Part shown: piece after piece, positions 35,787-50,200 of the stretch
How positions within the stretch are numbered: the stretch's first letter is position 1
Layout of the letters: each line of letters begins with the position of its first letter
Assembly (NCBI GenBank): GCA_964016885.1
Contig: OZ024765.1
Location: 8,432,001-8,496,000, forward strand
Length of the DNA stretch: 64,000 bases
DNA from: Eledone cirrhosa
Lineage: Eukaryota
Reading direction: 5' to 3'
The notes under the pieces: model-generated
The model's input: only the letters and a program-made list of their open reading frames with translations
Database searches by the model: none
Told to the model about the DNA's origin: nothing
Made by a program: the position numbers and the translations under genes

Positions 35787-38215
35787 ATTGGCATCACATG
35801 ACACTTCTTCACCTAACAATCACCATCCATACACATCACACGACACTTCTTCACCTCACAATCACCATCCATACACATCACATGACACTTCTTCACCTAA
35901 CAATCACCATCCATACACATCACATGACACTTCTTCACCTTACAATCACCATCCATACACATCACATGACACTTCTTCACCTAACATTCATCTAACAATC
36001 ACCATCCATATACATCACATGACACTTCTTCACCTAACAATCACTTTCCATTGGCATCGCATGGCACTTCTTCACCTAACAATCACCATCCATACACATC
36101 ACACGACACTTCTTCACCTAACAATCACCATCCATACACATCACATGACACTTATACACCTAACAATCACTTTCCATTGGCATCGCATGGCACTTCTTCA
36201 CCTAACAATCACCATCCATACACATCACACGACACTTCTTCACCTAACAATCACCATCCATACACATCACATGACACTTCTACACCTAACAATCACTTTC
36301 CATTGGCATCGCATGGCACTTGTTCACCTAACAATCACCATCCATACACATCACATGACACTTCTTCACCTAACAATCACTTTCCATTGGCATCGCATGG
36401 CACTTGTTCACCTAACAATCACCATCCATACACATCACATGACACTTCTACACCTAACAATCACCATCCATACACATCACACGACACTTCTTCACCTAAC
36501 AATCACCATCCATACACATCACATGACACTTCTACACCTAACAATCACTTTCCATTGGCATCGCATGGCACTTCTTCCCCTTACAATCAACATCCATACA
36601 CATCACACGACACTTCTTCACCTAACAATCAACATCCATACACATCACATGACACTTCTACACCTAACAATCACTTTCCATTGGCATCGCATGGCACTTC
36701 TTCAACTAACAATCACCATCCATACACATCACACGACACTTCTTCACCTAACAATCACTTTCCATTGGCATCGCATGGCACTTCTTCACCTAACAATCAC
36801 CATCTATACACATCACATGACACTTCTACACCTAACAATCACTTTCCATTGGCATCGCATGGCACTTGTTCACCTAACAATCACCATCCATACACATCAC
36901 ATGACACTTCTTCACCTAACAATCACTTTCCATTGGCATCGCATGGCACTTGTTCACCTAACAATCACCATCCATACACATCACATGACACTTCTACACC
37001 TAACAATCACCATCCATACACATCACACGACACTTCTTCACCTAACAATCACCATCCATACACATCACATGACACTTCTACACCTAACAATCACTTTCCA
37101 TTGGCATCGCATGGCACTTCTTCCCCTAACAATCACCATCCATACACATCACACGACACTTCTTCACCTAACAATCACCATCCATACACATCACATGACA
37201 CTTCTACACCTAACAATCACTTTCCATTGGCATCGCATGGCACTTCTTCAACTAACAATCACCATCCATACACATCACACGACACTTCTTCACCTAACAA
37301 TCACTTTCCATTGGCATCGCATGGCACTTCTTCATCTAACAATCACCATCTATACACATCACATGACACTTCTACACCTAACAATCACTTTCCATTGGCA
37401 TCGCATGGCACTTCTTCACCTAAAAATCACCATCCATAAACATCACATGACACTTCTACACCTAACAATCACCATCCATACACATCACATGACACTTCTA
37501 CACCTAACAATCACTTTCCATTGGCATCGCATGGCACTTCTTCACCTAACAATCACCATCCATACACATCACATGACACTTCTACACCTAACAATCACTT
37601 TCCATTGGCATCGCATGGCACTTCTTCACCTAACAATCACCATCCATACACATCACATGACACTTCCACACCTAACAATCACTTTCCATTGGCATCGCAT
37701 GGCACTTCTTCACCTAACAATCACCATCCATACACATCACACGACACTTCTTCACCTAACAATCACTTTCCATTGGCATCGCATGGCACTTGTTCACCTA
37801 ACAATCACCATCCATACACATCACATGACACTTCTACACCTAACAATCACCATCCATACACATCACATGACACTTCTACACCTAACAATCACTTTCCATT
37901 GGCATCGCATGGCACTTCTTCACCTAACAATCACCATCCATACACATCACATGACACTTCTTCACCTAACAATCACTTTCCATTGGCATCACATGACACT
38001 TCTACACCTAACAATCACCATCCATACACATCACACAACACTTCTACACCTAACAATCACTTTCCATTGGCATCGCATGGCACTTCTTCACCTAACAATC
38101 ACCATCCATACACATCACACGACACTTCTTCACCTAACAATCACCATCCATACACATCACATGACACTTCTTCACCTAACAATCACCATCCATACACATC
38201 ACACGACACTTCTAC
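35787..38215. repeat. 42-bp two-variant minisatellite
   Basis: Units CACCTAACAATCACCATCCATACACATCACATGACACTTCTT and CACCTAACAATCACTTTCCATTGGCATCGCATGGCACTTCTT interleaved. Confidence 0.95.
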
Positions 38216-41200
38216 TTGAGGCAAGAGTGGTTGTCTTGCTCGCATAGGACTGTCTGGCGGGTTTTCTACAGCTGGATGCCCTTCCTAACACCAACCACAT
38301 TTACAGTGTGGGACTGGGAGGTTTTTACCGTGTTGCCTACACGGCCACATTACAGCGTGGACTGTGTGTTTTTTTGTCGTGACACCTACACGATCTCATT
38401 TGTTTCGGCCTGGATGTCATGGCACCAACGTGACTTTACATTGAAAGGGGCGGTGTGGAAGGGGGCGTATTTTGTTAGAGATGTCTACTGACTGTAGTAG
38501 GTCTACTTTGTATTTAGGCAAAGCAGGTCTTCTCTATTACTGAGTACCGCCAAAGATCTCGGTCCAGTGACATTGTCTTGGAGAGGTGTGTGTAAGGTCG
38601 GAATTTATCAGGTCGTTCCAGGTTTCTCTGGGTCTGCCTACTCCGTGGCTACCGTCTATCTTTATTGCCCTGCACTTTTTTATAAAGCTGTCGTCTTTCA
38701 TGCGCATCACGTGACCATACCAACGTAGCCTTCTCTTGAGTAAACAACATCTGATCCCTCTTATTTCTAATTTTTCCCTTAGTTCGTTTATGCTTTGCCG
38801 TTCACGTATATTACTATTACACATCCAGCAGAGCATGCAAGCTTCGTTCCTCTCTAGTCTGCGTATATCCTCTGCACACAATGCCCAGGTCTCACTGCCA
38901 TGCAACATTGCTGTTCGTATGCAGGCATCATACAACCTGCCTTTCATTTTTAGGGAGAACCCTTTAGCGGCTAATAGTGGTATAAGCTCTCTGAACTTTT
39001 TCCATCCAGTTCTGACTCTAGCTACTGTACTTTCAGAGCACCCTCCCCCACTGCTGATTTTGTCACCCAGGTAACGGAAGCTGTCCACTATTTCTATAGA
39101 ACCCTCTGCGCAATTGAAAGAGCTAGTATTATGTGGGCACTTGCTGCTACTTATTGCACCAGAGCACCGGCCACATGTAAAATCTATGTTCTTAGTTAGC
39201 TTACCTGTGATCCCACTACATCTTTTATGCACCCATACTTTGCATTTGGGACATAAAATGGAGTTTCTACCTATGCCTTTCCTACACACTGAGCATAGCC
39301 ATTTCCCAGAAGGGACCGGCGCCTTATTTTCTTTCCTTCAAACTAGAACTTTAGTCTTAGCCAGGTTAATTTTAAGGCCTTTTGATTCTAGGCCGTGCTT
39401 CCATGTTTGGAATTTCTTCTCTAGCTCGGCCATTGATTCAGCTATGAGCGTTAGATCATCTGCGTATAGGAGTTCCCATGGGCAGCCGGTCTTGAACTCC
39501 ACTGTTATAGCCTGAAGGGCAATAATAAATAGTAGGGGGCTAAGAACAGAGCCCTGATGAACACCAACTTTTACACTAAACTCTTCACTATATTCGTTGT
39601 TAATTCTAACCTTGCTGACTGTTTCTTTATACATGGCTTGTATAGCTCTCACAAGCCATTCGTCAACACCTAGTTTTCTAAGAGCCCACCAAATAATGGA
39701 ACGAGGGACTCTGTCGAAGGCTTTCTCCAAGTCAACAAAATCTAAGTATAGGGGTTTACTTTTAGCTAGGTACTTCTCCTGTAGTTGTCGTACAATGAAA
39801 AGAGCGTCTGTGGTACTTTTGCCTGACACAAACCCGAACTGCATTTCATCTAGATCAATTCTCTCTCTGATTAGTTGCGCTATTACTTTTTCCGTGACCT
39901 TCATGACCTGGTCGATTAATTTAATGCCTCTATAGTTACTCCTATCTAGGGCATCTCCTTTACCCTTGTAACAGTTAATGATGATGCTGCTATGCCAGTC
40001 CTTCGGAACAACCCCATTCTGTATAACTTGGTTTACTATCCGGGTGACCATGGTGTGTCCCACCGTTCCAGAGGCTTTCAGCATCTCAGCAACTATTTTC
40101 GAAGGCCCAGCCGCCTTACCCGTTTTCATATCTTTGATTGCCTTACTTATTATACTACCATCGACTAACACTGCTGGTCCCTCTATTGGGTCGTTGTGGG
40201 GGAGACTGTCTTTCTCCCATTTATTCTCCTCATTTAGAAGCCTTTCGTAGTGACACTTCCAAGCTACCTTCTTATCAGCGTCAGTGATGGCAAGTACGCC
40301 ATCATCATTTAGTACACACTTCTCCCCAACAATATCACGGTTTTCCTTTACACATTGCCTAGCAATCCTGAACACCTCACGTTTTTGGTCCTCACGTTGT
40401 AGAACATGCTTGAACTAGCAATTCTGAACACCTCACGTTTTTGGTCCTCACGTTATATGTATATATGTATATGTTTATATACATAGTTAACAAGGATGTG
40501 AAGTTCTTTACAAAACAGGTTTTAGTTAAAAGATGAAGACTATTGAAAATTCAGATTAGATTTTTTCTAATCATCATCATCATCATCATCATCATCATTT
40601 AACGTCCATGTTCCACGCTTGCATGGGTTTGGACAGGAGTTTTCCCACTTGAGGCAAGAGTGGTTGTCTTGCTCCCATAGGACTGTCTGGCAGGTTTTCT
40701 ACAGTTGGATGCCCTTCTTAACACCAACCACATTTACAGTGTGGGACAGGGAGGTTTTTACCGTGTTGCCTACACGGCCACATTACAGCGTGGACTGTGT
40801 GTTTTTTTGTCGTGACACCTACACGATCTCATTTGTTTCGGCCTGGATGTCGTGGCACCAACGTGACTTTATATTGAAAGGGGCGGTGTGGATGGGGTGG
40901 GGGTGGTGTGACGGGGACGTATTTTGTTAGAGATGCCTACTGACTGTAGTAGGTTTACTTTGTATTTAGGCAAAGCGGGTCTTCTCTATTACTGAGTACC
41001 GCCAAAGATCTCGGTCCAGTGACATTGTCTTGGAGAGGTGTAAGTGTGTGAGGTCGGAATTTATCAGGTCGTCCCAGGTTTTTCTGGGTCTGCCTACTTC
41101 GTGGCTACCGTCTATCTTTATTGCCCTGCACTTTTTTATACAGCTGTCGTCTTTCATGCGCATCACGTGACCATACCAACGTAGCCTTCTCTCGAGTAAA

Positions 41201-44200
41201 CAACATCTGATCCCTCTTATTTCTAATTTTTCCCTTAGTTTGTTTATGCTTTGCCGTTCACGTATATTACTATTACACATCCAGCAGAGCATACAAGCTT
41301 CGTTCCTCTCTAGTCTGCGTATATCCTCTGCACACAATGCCCAGGTCTCACTGCCATGCAACATTGCTGTTCGTATGCAGGCATCATACAACCTGCCTTT
41401 CATTTTTAGGGAGAACCCTTTAGCGGCTAATAGTGGTATAAGCTCTCTGAACTTTTTCCATCCAGTTCTGACTCTAGCTACTGTACTTTCAGAGCACCCT
41501 CCCCCACTGCTGATTTTGTCACCCAGGTAACGGAAGCTGTCCACTATTTCTATAGAACCCTCTGCGCAATTGAAAGAGCTAGTATTATGTGGGCACTTGC
41601 TGCTACTTATTGCACCAGAGCACCGGCCACATGTAAAATCTATGTTCTTAGTTAGCTTACCTGTGATCCCACTACATCTTTTATGCACCCATACTTTGCA
41701 TTTGGGACATAAAATGGAGTTTCTACCTATGCCTTTCCTACACACTGAGCATAGCCATTTCCCAGAAGGGACCGGCGCCTTATTTTCTTTCCTTCAAACT
41801 AGAACTTTAGTCTTAGCCAGGTTAATTTTAAGGCCTTTTGATTCTAGGCCGTGCTTCCATGTTTGGAATTTCTTCTCTAGCTCGGCCATTGATTCAGCTA
41901 TGAGCGTTAGATCATCTGCGTATAGGAGTTCCCATGGGCAGCCGGTCTTGAACTCCACTGTTATAGCCTGAAGGGCAATAATAAATAGTAGGGGGCTAAG
42001 AACAGAGCCCTGATGAACACCAACTTTTACACTAAACTCTTCACTATATTCGTTGTTAATTCTAACCTTGCTGACTGTTTCTTTATACATGGCTTGTATA
42101 GCTCTCACAAGCCATTCGTCAACACCTAGTTTTCTAAGAGCCCACCAAATAATGGAACGAGGGACTCTGTCGAAGGCTTTCTCCAAGTCAACAAAATCTA
42201 AGTATAGGGGTTTACTTTTAGCTAGGTACTTCTCCTGTAGTTGTCGTACAATGAAAAGAGCGTCTGTGGTACTTTTGCCTGACACAAACCCGAACTGCAT
42301 TTCATCTAGATCAATTCTCTCTCTGATTAGTTGCGCTATTACTTTTTCCGTGACCTTCATGACCTGGTCGATTAATTTAATGCCTCTATAGTTACTCCTA
42401 TCTAGGGCATCTCCTTTACCCTTGTAACAGTTAATGATGATGCTGCTATGCCAGTCCTTCGGAACAACCCCATTCTGTATAACTTGGTTTACTATCCGGG
42501 TGACCATGGTGTGTCCCACCGTTCCAGAGGCTTTCAGCATCTCAGCAACTATTTTCGAAGGCCCAGCCGCCTTACCCGTTTTCATATCTTTGATTGCCTT
42601 ACTTATTATACTACCATCGACTAACACTGCTGGTCCCTCTATTGGGTCGTTGTGGGGGAGACTGTCTTTCTCCCATTTATTCTCCTCATTTAGAAGCCTT
42701 TCGTAGTGACACTTCCAAGCTACCTTCTTATCAGCGTCAGTGATGGCAAGTACGCCATCATCATTTAGTACACACTTCTCCCCAACAATATCACGGTTTT
42801 CCTTTACACATTGCCTAGCAATCCTGAACACCTCACGTTTTTGGTCCTCACGTTGTAGAACATGCTTGAACTAGCAATTCTGAACACCTCACGTTTTTGG
42901 TCCTCACGTTATATGTATATATGTATATGTTTATATACATAGTTAACAAGGATGTGAAGTTCTTTACAAAACAGGTTTTAGTTAAAAGATGAAGACTATT
43001 GAAAATTCAGATTAGATTTTTTCTAATCATCATCATCATCATCATCATCATCATTTAACGTCCATGTTCCACGCTTGCATGGGTTTGGACAGGAGTTTTC
43101 CCACTTGAGGCAAGAGTGGTTGTCTTGCTCCCATAGGACTGTCTGGCAGGTTTTCTACAGCTGGATGCCCTTCTTAACACCAACCACATTTACAGTGTGG
43201 GACAGGGAGGTTTTTACCGTGTTGCCTACACGGCCACATTACAGCGTGGACTGTGTGTTTTTTTGTCGTGACACCTACACGATCTCATTTGTTTCGGCCT
43301 GGATGTCGTGGCACCAACGTGACTTTATATTGAAAGGGGCGGTGTGGATGGGGTGGGGGTGGTGTGACGGGGACGTATTTTGTTAGAGATGCCTACTGAC
43401 TGTAGTAGGTTTACTTTGTATTTAGGCAAAGCGGGTCTTCTCTATTACTGAGTACCGCCAAAGATCTCGGTCCAGTGACATTGTCTTGGAGAGGTGTAAG
43501 TGTGTGAGGTCGGAATTTATCAGGTCGTCCCAGGTTTTTCTGGGTCTGCCTACTTCGTGGCTACCGTCTATCTTTATTGCCCTGCACTTTTTTATACAGC
43601 TGTCGTCTTTCATGCGCATCACGTGACCATACCAACGTAGCCTTCTCTCGAGTAAACAACATCTGATCCCTCTTATTTCTAATTTTTCCCTTAGTTTGTT
43701 TATGCTTTGCCGTTCACGTATATTACTATTACACATCCAGCAGAGCATACAAGCTTCGTTCCTCTCTAGTCTGCGTATATCCTCTGCACACAATGCCCAG
43801 GTCTCACTGCCATGCAACATTGCTGTTCGTATGCAGGCATCATACAACCTGCCTTTCATTTTTAGGGAGAACCCTTTAGCGGCTAATAGTGGTATAAGCT
43901 CTCTGAACTTTTTCCATCCAGTTCTGACTCTAGCTACTGTACTTTCAGAGCACCCTCCCCCACTGCTGATTTTGTCACCCAGGTAACGGAAGCTGTCCAC
44001 TATTTCTATAGAACCCTCTGCGCAATTGAAAGAGCTAGTATTATGTGGGCACTTGCTGCTACTTATTGCACCAGAGCACCGGCCACATGTAAAATCTATG
44101 TTCTTAGTTAGCTTACCTGTGATCCCACTACATCTTTTATGCACCCATACTTTGCATTTGGGACATAAAATGGAGTTTCTACCTATGCCTTTCCTACACA

Positions 44201-47200
44201 CTGAGCATAGCCATTTCCCAGAAGGGACCGGCGCCTTATTTTCTTTCCTTCAAACTAGAACTTTAGTCTTAGCCAGGTTAATTTTAAGGCCTTTTGATTC
44301 TAGGCCGTGCTTCCATGTTTGGAATTTCTTCTCTAGCTCGGCCATTGATTCAGCTATGAGCGTTAGATCATCTGCGTATAGGAGTTCCCATGGGCAGCCG
44401 GTCTTGAACTCCACTGTTATAGCCTGAAGGGCAATAATAAATAGTAGGGGGCTAAGAACAGAGCCCTGATGAACACCAACTTTTACACTAAACTCTTCAC
44501 TATATTCGTTGTTAATTCTAACCTTGCTGACTGTTTCTTTATACATGGCTTGTATAGCTCTCACAAGCCATTCGTCAACACCTAGTTTTCTAAGAGCCCA
44601 CCAAATAATGGAACGAGGGACTCTGTCGAAGGCTTTCTCCAAGTCAACAAAATCTAAGTATAGGGGTTTACTTTTAGCTAGGTACTTCTCCTGTAGTTGT
44701 CGTACAATGAAAAGAGCGTCTGTGGTACTTTTGCCTGACACAAACCCGAACTGCATTTCATCTAGATCAATTCTCTCTCTGATTAGTTGCGCTATTACTT
44801 TTTCCGTGACCTTCATGACCTGGTCGATTAATTTAATGCCTCTATAGTTACTCCTATCTAGGGCATCTCCTTTACCCTTGTAACAGTTAATGATGATGCT
44901 GCTATGCCAGTCCTTCGGAACAACCCCATTCTGTATAACTTGGTTTACTATCCGGGTGACCATGGTGTGTCCCACCGTTCCAGAGGCTTTCAGCATCTCA
45001 GCAACTATTTTCGAAGGCCCAGCCGCCTTACCCGTTTTCATATCTTTGATTGCCTTACTTATTATACTACCATCGACTAACACTGCTGGTCCCTCTATTG
45101 GGTCGTTGTGGGGGAGACTGTCTTTCTCCCATTTATTCTCCTCATTTAGAAGCCTTTCGTAGTGACACTTCCAAGCTACCTTCTTATCAGCGTCAGTGAT
45201 GGCAAGTACGCCATCATCATTTAGTACACACTTCTCCCCAACAATATCACGGTTTTCCTTTACACATTGCCTAGCAATCCTGAACACCTCACGTTTTTGG
45301 TCCTCACGTTGTAGAACATGCTTGAACTAGCAATTCTGAACACCTCACGTTTTTGGTCCTCACGTTATATGTATATATGTATATGTTTATATACATAGTT
45401 AACAAGGATGTGAAGTTCTTTACAAAACAGGTTTTAGTTAAAAGATGAAGACTATTGAAAATTCAGATTAGATTTTTTCTAATCATCATCATCATCATCA
45501 TCATCATCATTTAACGTCCATGTTCCACGCTTGCATGGGTTTGGACAGGAGTTTTCCCACTTGAGGCAAGAGTGGTTGTCTTGCTCCCATAGGACTGTCT
45601 GGCAGGTTTTCTACAGCTGGATGCCCTTCTTAACACCAACCACATTTACAGTGTGGGACAGGGAGGTTTTTACCGTGTTGCCTACACGGCCACATTACAG
45701 CGTGGACTGTGTGTTTTTTTGTCGTGACACCTACACGATCTCATTTGTTTCGGCCTGGATGTCGTGGCACCAACGTGACTTTATATTGAAAGGGGCGGTG
45801 TGGATGGGGTGGGGGTGGTGTGACGGGGACGTATTTTGTTAGAGATGCCTACTGACTGTAGTAGGTTTACTTTGTATTTAGGCAAAGCGGGTCTTCTCTA
45901 TTACTGAGTACCGCCAAAGATCTCGGTCCAGTGACATTGTCTTGGAGAGGTGTAAGTGTGTGAGGTCGGAATTTATCAGGTCGTCCCAGGTTTTTCTGGG
46001 TCTGCCTACTTCGTGGCTACCGTCTATCTTTATTGCCCTGCACTTTTTTATACAGCTGTCGTCTTTCATGCGCATCACGTGACCATACCAACGTAGCCTT
46101 CTCTCGAGTAAACAACATCTGATCCCTCTTATTTCTAATTTTTCCCTTAGTTTGTTTATGCTTTGCCGTTCACGTATATTACTATTACACATCCAGCAGA
46201 GCATACAAGCTTCGTTCCTCTCTAGTCTGCGTATATCCTCTGCACACAATGCCCAGGTCTCACTGCCATGCAACATTGCTGTTCGTATGCAGGCATCATA
46301 CAACCTGCCTTTCATTTTTAGGGAGAACCCTTTAGCGGCTAATAGTGGTATAAGCTCTCTGAACTTTTTCCATCCAGTTCTGACTCTAGCTACTGTACTT
46401 TCAGAGCACCCTCCCCCACTGCTGATTTTGTCACCCAGGTAACGGAAGCTGTCCACTATTTCTATAGAACCCTCTGCGCAATTGAAAGAGCTAGTATTAT
46501 GTGGGCACTTGCTGCTACTTATTGCACCAGAGCACCGGCCACATGTAAAATCTATGTTCTTAGTTAGCTTACCTGTGATCCCACTACATCTTTTATGCAC
46601 CCATACTTTGCATTTGGGACATAAAATGGAGTTTCTACCTATGCCTTTCCTACACACTGAGCATAGCCATTTCCCAGAAGGGACCGGCGCCTTATTTTCT
46701 TTCCTTCAAACTAGAACTTTAGTCTTAGCCAGGTTAATTTTAAGGCCTTTTGATTCTAGGCCGTGCTTCCATGTTTGGAATTTCTTCTCTAGCTCGGCCA
46801 TTGATTCAGCTATGAGCGTTAGATCATCTGCGTATAGGAGTTCCCATGGGCAGCCGGTCTTGAACTCCACTGTTATAGCCTGAAGGGCAATAATAAATAG
46901 TAGGGGGCTAAGAACAGAGCCCTGATGAACACCAACTTTTACACTAAACTCTTCACTATATTCGTTGTTAATTCTAACCTTGCTGACTGTTTCTTTATAC
47001 ATGGCTTGTATAGCTCTCACAAGCCATTCGTCAACACCTAGTTTTCTAAGAGCCCACCAAATAATGGAACGAGGGACTCTGTCGAAGGCTTTCTCCAAGT
47101 CAACAAAATCTAAGTATAGGGGTTTACTTTTAGCTAGGTACTTCTCCTGTAGTTGTCGTACAATGAAAAGAGCGTCTGTGGTACTTTTGCCTGACACAAA

Positions 47201-50200
47201 CCCGAACTGCATTTCATCTAGATCAATTCTCTCTCTGATTAGTTGCGCTATTACTTTTTCCGTGACCTTCATGACCTGGTCGATTAATTTAATGCCTCTA
47301 TAGTTACTCCTATCTAGGGCATCTCCTTTACCCTTGTAACAGTTAATGATGATGCTGCTATGCCAGTCCTTCGGAACAACCCCATTCTGTATAACTTGGT
47401 TTACTATCCGGGTGACCATGGTGTGTCCCACCGTTCCAGAGGCTTTCAGCATCTCAGCAACTATTTTCGAAGGCCCAGCCGCCTTACCCGTTTTCATATC
47501 TTTGATTGCCTTACTTATTATACTACCATCGACTAACACTGCTGGTCCCTCTATTGGGTCGTTGTGGGGGAGACTGTCTTTCTCCCATTTATTCTCCTCA
47601 TTTAGAAGCCTTTCGTAGTGACACTTCCAAGCTACCTTCTTATCAGCGTCAGTGATGGCAAGTACGCCATCATCATTTAGTACACACTTCTCCCCAACAA
47701 TATCACGGTTTTCCTTTACACATTGCCTAGCAATCCTGAACACCTCACGTTTTTGGTCCTCACGTTGTAGAACATGCTTGAACTAGCAATTCTGAACACC
47801 TCACGTTTTTGGTCCTCACGTTATATGTATATATGTATATGTTTATATACATAGTTAACAAGGATGTGAAGTTCTTTACAAAACAGGTTTTAGTTAAAAG
47901 ATGAAGACTATTGAAAATTCAGATTAGATTTTTTCTAATCATCATCATCATCATCATCATCATCATTTAACGTCCATGTTCCACGCTTGCATGGGTTTGG
48001 ACAGGAGTTTTCCCACTTGAGGCAAGAGTGGTTGTCTTGCTCCCATAGGACTGTCTGGCAGGTTTTCTACAGCTGGATGCCCTTCTTAACACCAACCACA
48101 TTTACAGTGTGGGACAGGGAGGTTTTTACCGTGTTGCCTACACGGCCACATTACAGCGTGGACTGTGTGTTTTTTTGTCGTGACACCTACACGATCTCAT
48201 TTGTTTCGGCCTGGATGTCGTGGCACCAACGTGACTTTATATTGAAAGGGGCGGTGTGGATGGGGTGGGGGTGGTGTGACGGGGACGTATTTTGTTAGAG
48301 ATGCCTACTGACTGTAGTAGGTTTACTTTGTATTTAGGCAAAGCGGGTCTTCTCTATTACTGAGTACCGCCAAAGATCTCGGTCCAGTGACATTGTCTTG
48401 GAGAGGTGTAAGTGTGTGAGGTCGGAATTTATCAGGTCGTCCCAGGTTTTTCTGGGTCTGCCTACTTCGTGGCTACCGTCTATCTTTATTGCCCTGCACT
48501 TTTTTATACAGCTGTCGTCTTTCATGCGCATCACGTGACCATACCAACGTAGCCTTCTCTCGAGTAAACAACATCTGATCCCTCTTATTTCTAATTTTTC
48601 CCTTAGTTTGTTTATGCTTTGCCGTTCACGTATATTACTATTACACATCCAGCAGAGCATACAAGCTTCGTTCCTCTCTAGTCTGCGTATATCCTCTGCA
48701 CACAATGCCCAGGTCTCACTGCCATGCAACATTGCTGTTCGTATGCAGGCATCATACAACCTGCCTTTCATTTTTAGGGAGAACCCTTTAGCGGCTAATA
48801 GTGGTATAAGCTCTCTGAACTTTTTCCATCCAGTTCTGACTCTAGCTACTGTACTTTCAGAGCACCCTCCCCCACTGCTGATTTTGTCACCCAGGTAACG
48901 GAAGCTGTCCACTATTTCTATAGAACCCTCTGCGCAATTGAAAGAGCTAGTATTATGTGGGCACTTGCTGCTACTTATTGCACCAGAGCACCGGCCACAT
49001 GTAAAATCTATGTTCTTAGTTAGCTTACCTGTGATCCCACTACATCTTTTATGCACCCATACTTTGCATTTGGGACATAAAATGGAGTTTCTACCTATGC
49101 CTTTCCTACACACTGAGCATAGCCATTTCCCAGAAGGGACCGGCGCCTTATTTTCTTTCCTTCAAACTAGAACTTTAGTCTTAGCCAGGTTAATTTTAAG
49201 GCCTTTTGATTCTAGGCCGTGCTTCCATGTTTGGAATTTCTTCTCTAGCTCGGCCATTGATTCAGCTATGAGCGTTAGATCATCTGCGTATAGGAGTTCC
49301 CATGGGCAGCCGGTCTTGAACTCCACTGTTATAGCCTGAAGGGCAATAATAAATAGTAGGGGGCTAAGAACAGAGCCCTGATGAACACCAACTTTTACAC
49401 TAAACTCTTCACTATATTCGTTGTTAATTCTAACCTTGCTGACTGTTTCTTTATACATGGCTTGTATAGCTCTCACAAGCCATTCGTCAACACCTAGTTT
49501 TCTAAGAGCCCACCAAATAATGGAACGAGGGACTCTGTCGAAGGCTTTCTCCAAGTCAACAAAATCTAAGTATAGGGGTTTACTTTTAGCTAGGTACTTC
49601 TCCTGTAGTTGTCGTACAATGAAAAGAGCGTCTGTGGTACTTTTGCCTGACACAAACCCGAACTGCATTTCATCTAGATCAATTCTCTCTCTGATTAGTT
49701 GCGCTATTACTTTTTCCGTGACCTTCATGACCTGGTCGATTAATTTAATGCCTCTATAGTTACTCCTATCTAGGGCATCTCCTTTACCCTTGTAACAGTT
49801 AATGATGATGCTGCTATGCCAGTCCTTCGGAACAACCCCATTCTGTATAACTTGGTTTACTATCCGGGTGACCATGGTGTGTCCCACCGTTCCAGAGGCT
49901 TTCAGCATCTCAGCAACTATTTTCGAAGGCCCAGCCGCCTTACCCGTTTTCATATCTTTGATTGCCTTACTTATTATACTACCATCGACTAACACTGCTG
50001 GTCCCTCTATTGGGTCGTTGTGGGGGAGACTGTCTTTCTCCCATTTATTCTCCTCATTTAGAAGCCTTTCGTAGTGACACTTCCAAGCTACCTTCTTATC
50101 AGCGTCAGTGATGGCAAGTACGCCATCATCATTTAGTACACACTTCTCCCCAACAATATCACGGTTTTCCTTTACACATTGCCTAGCAATCCTGAACACC

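Noticed and set aside
35776-38247. 823-aa and 518-aa (61669-63225) ORFs as genes
   Set aside because: Products of a C/A-rich 42-bp repeat lacking stops; the first runs into an RTE UTR.
39338-39340. TGA replacing a Cys codon in every array unit as selenocysteine or programmed readthrough
   Set aside because: Shared by descent from one truncated copy. Other copies have TGT and family B has Met-Ser there. No SECIS was identified.
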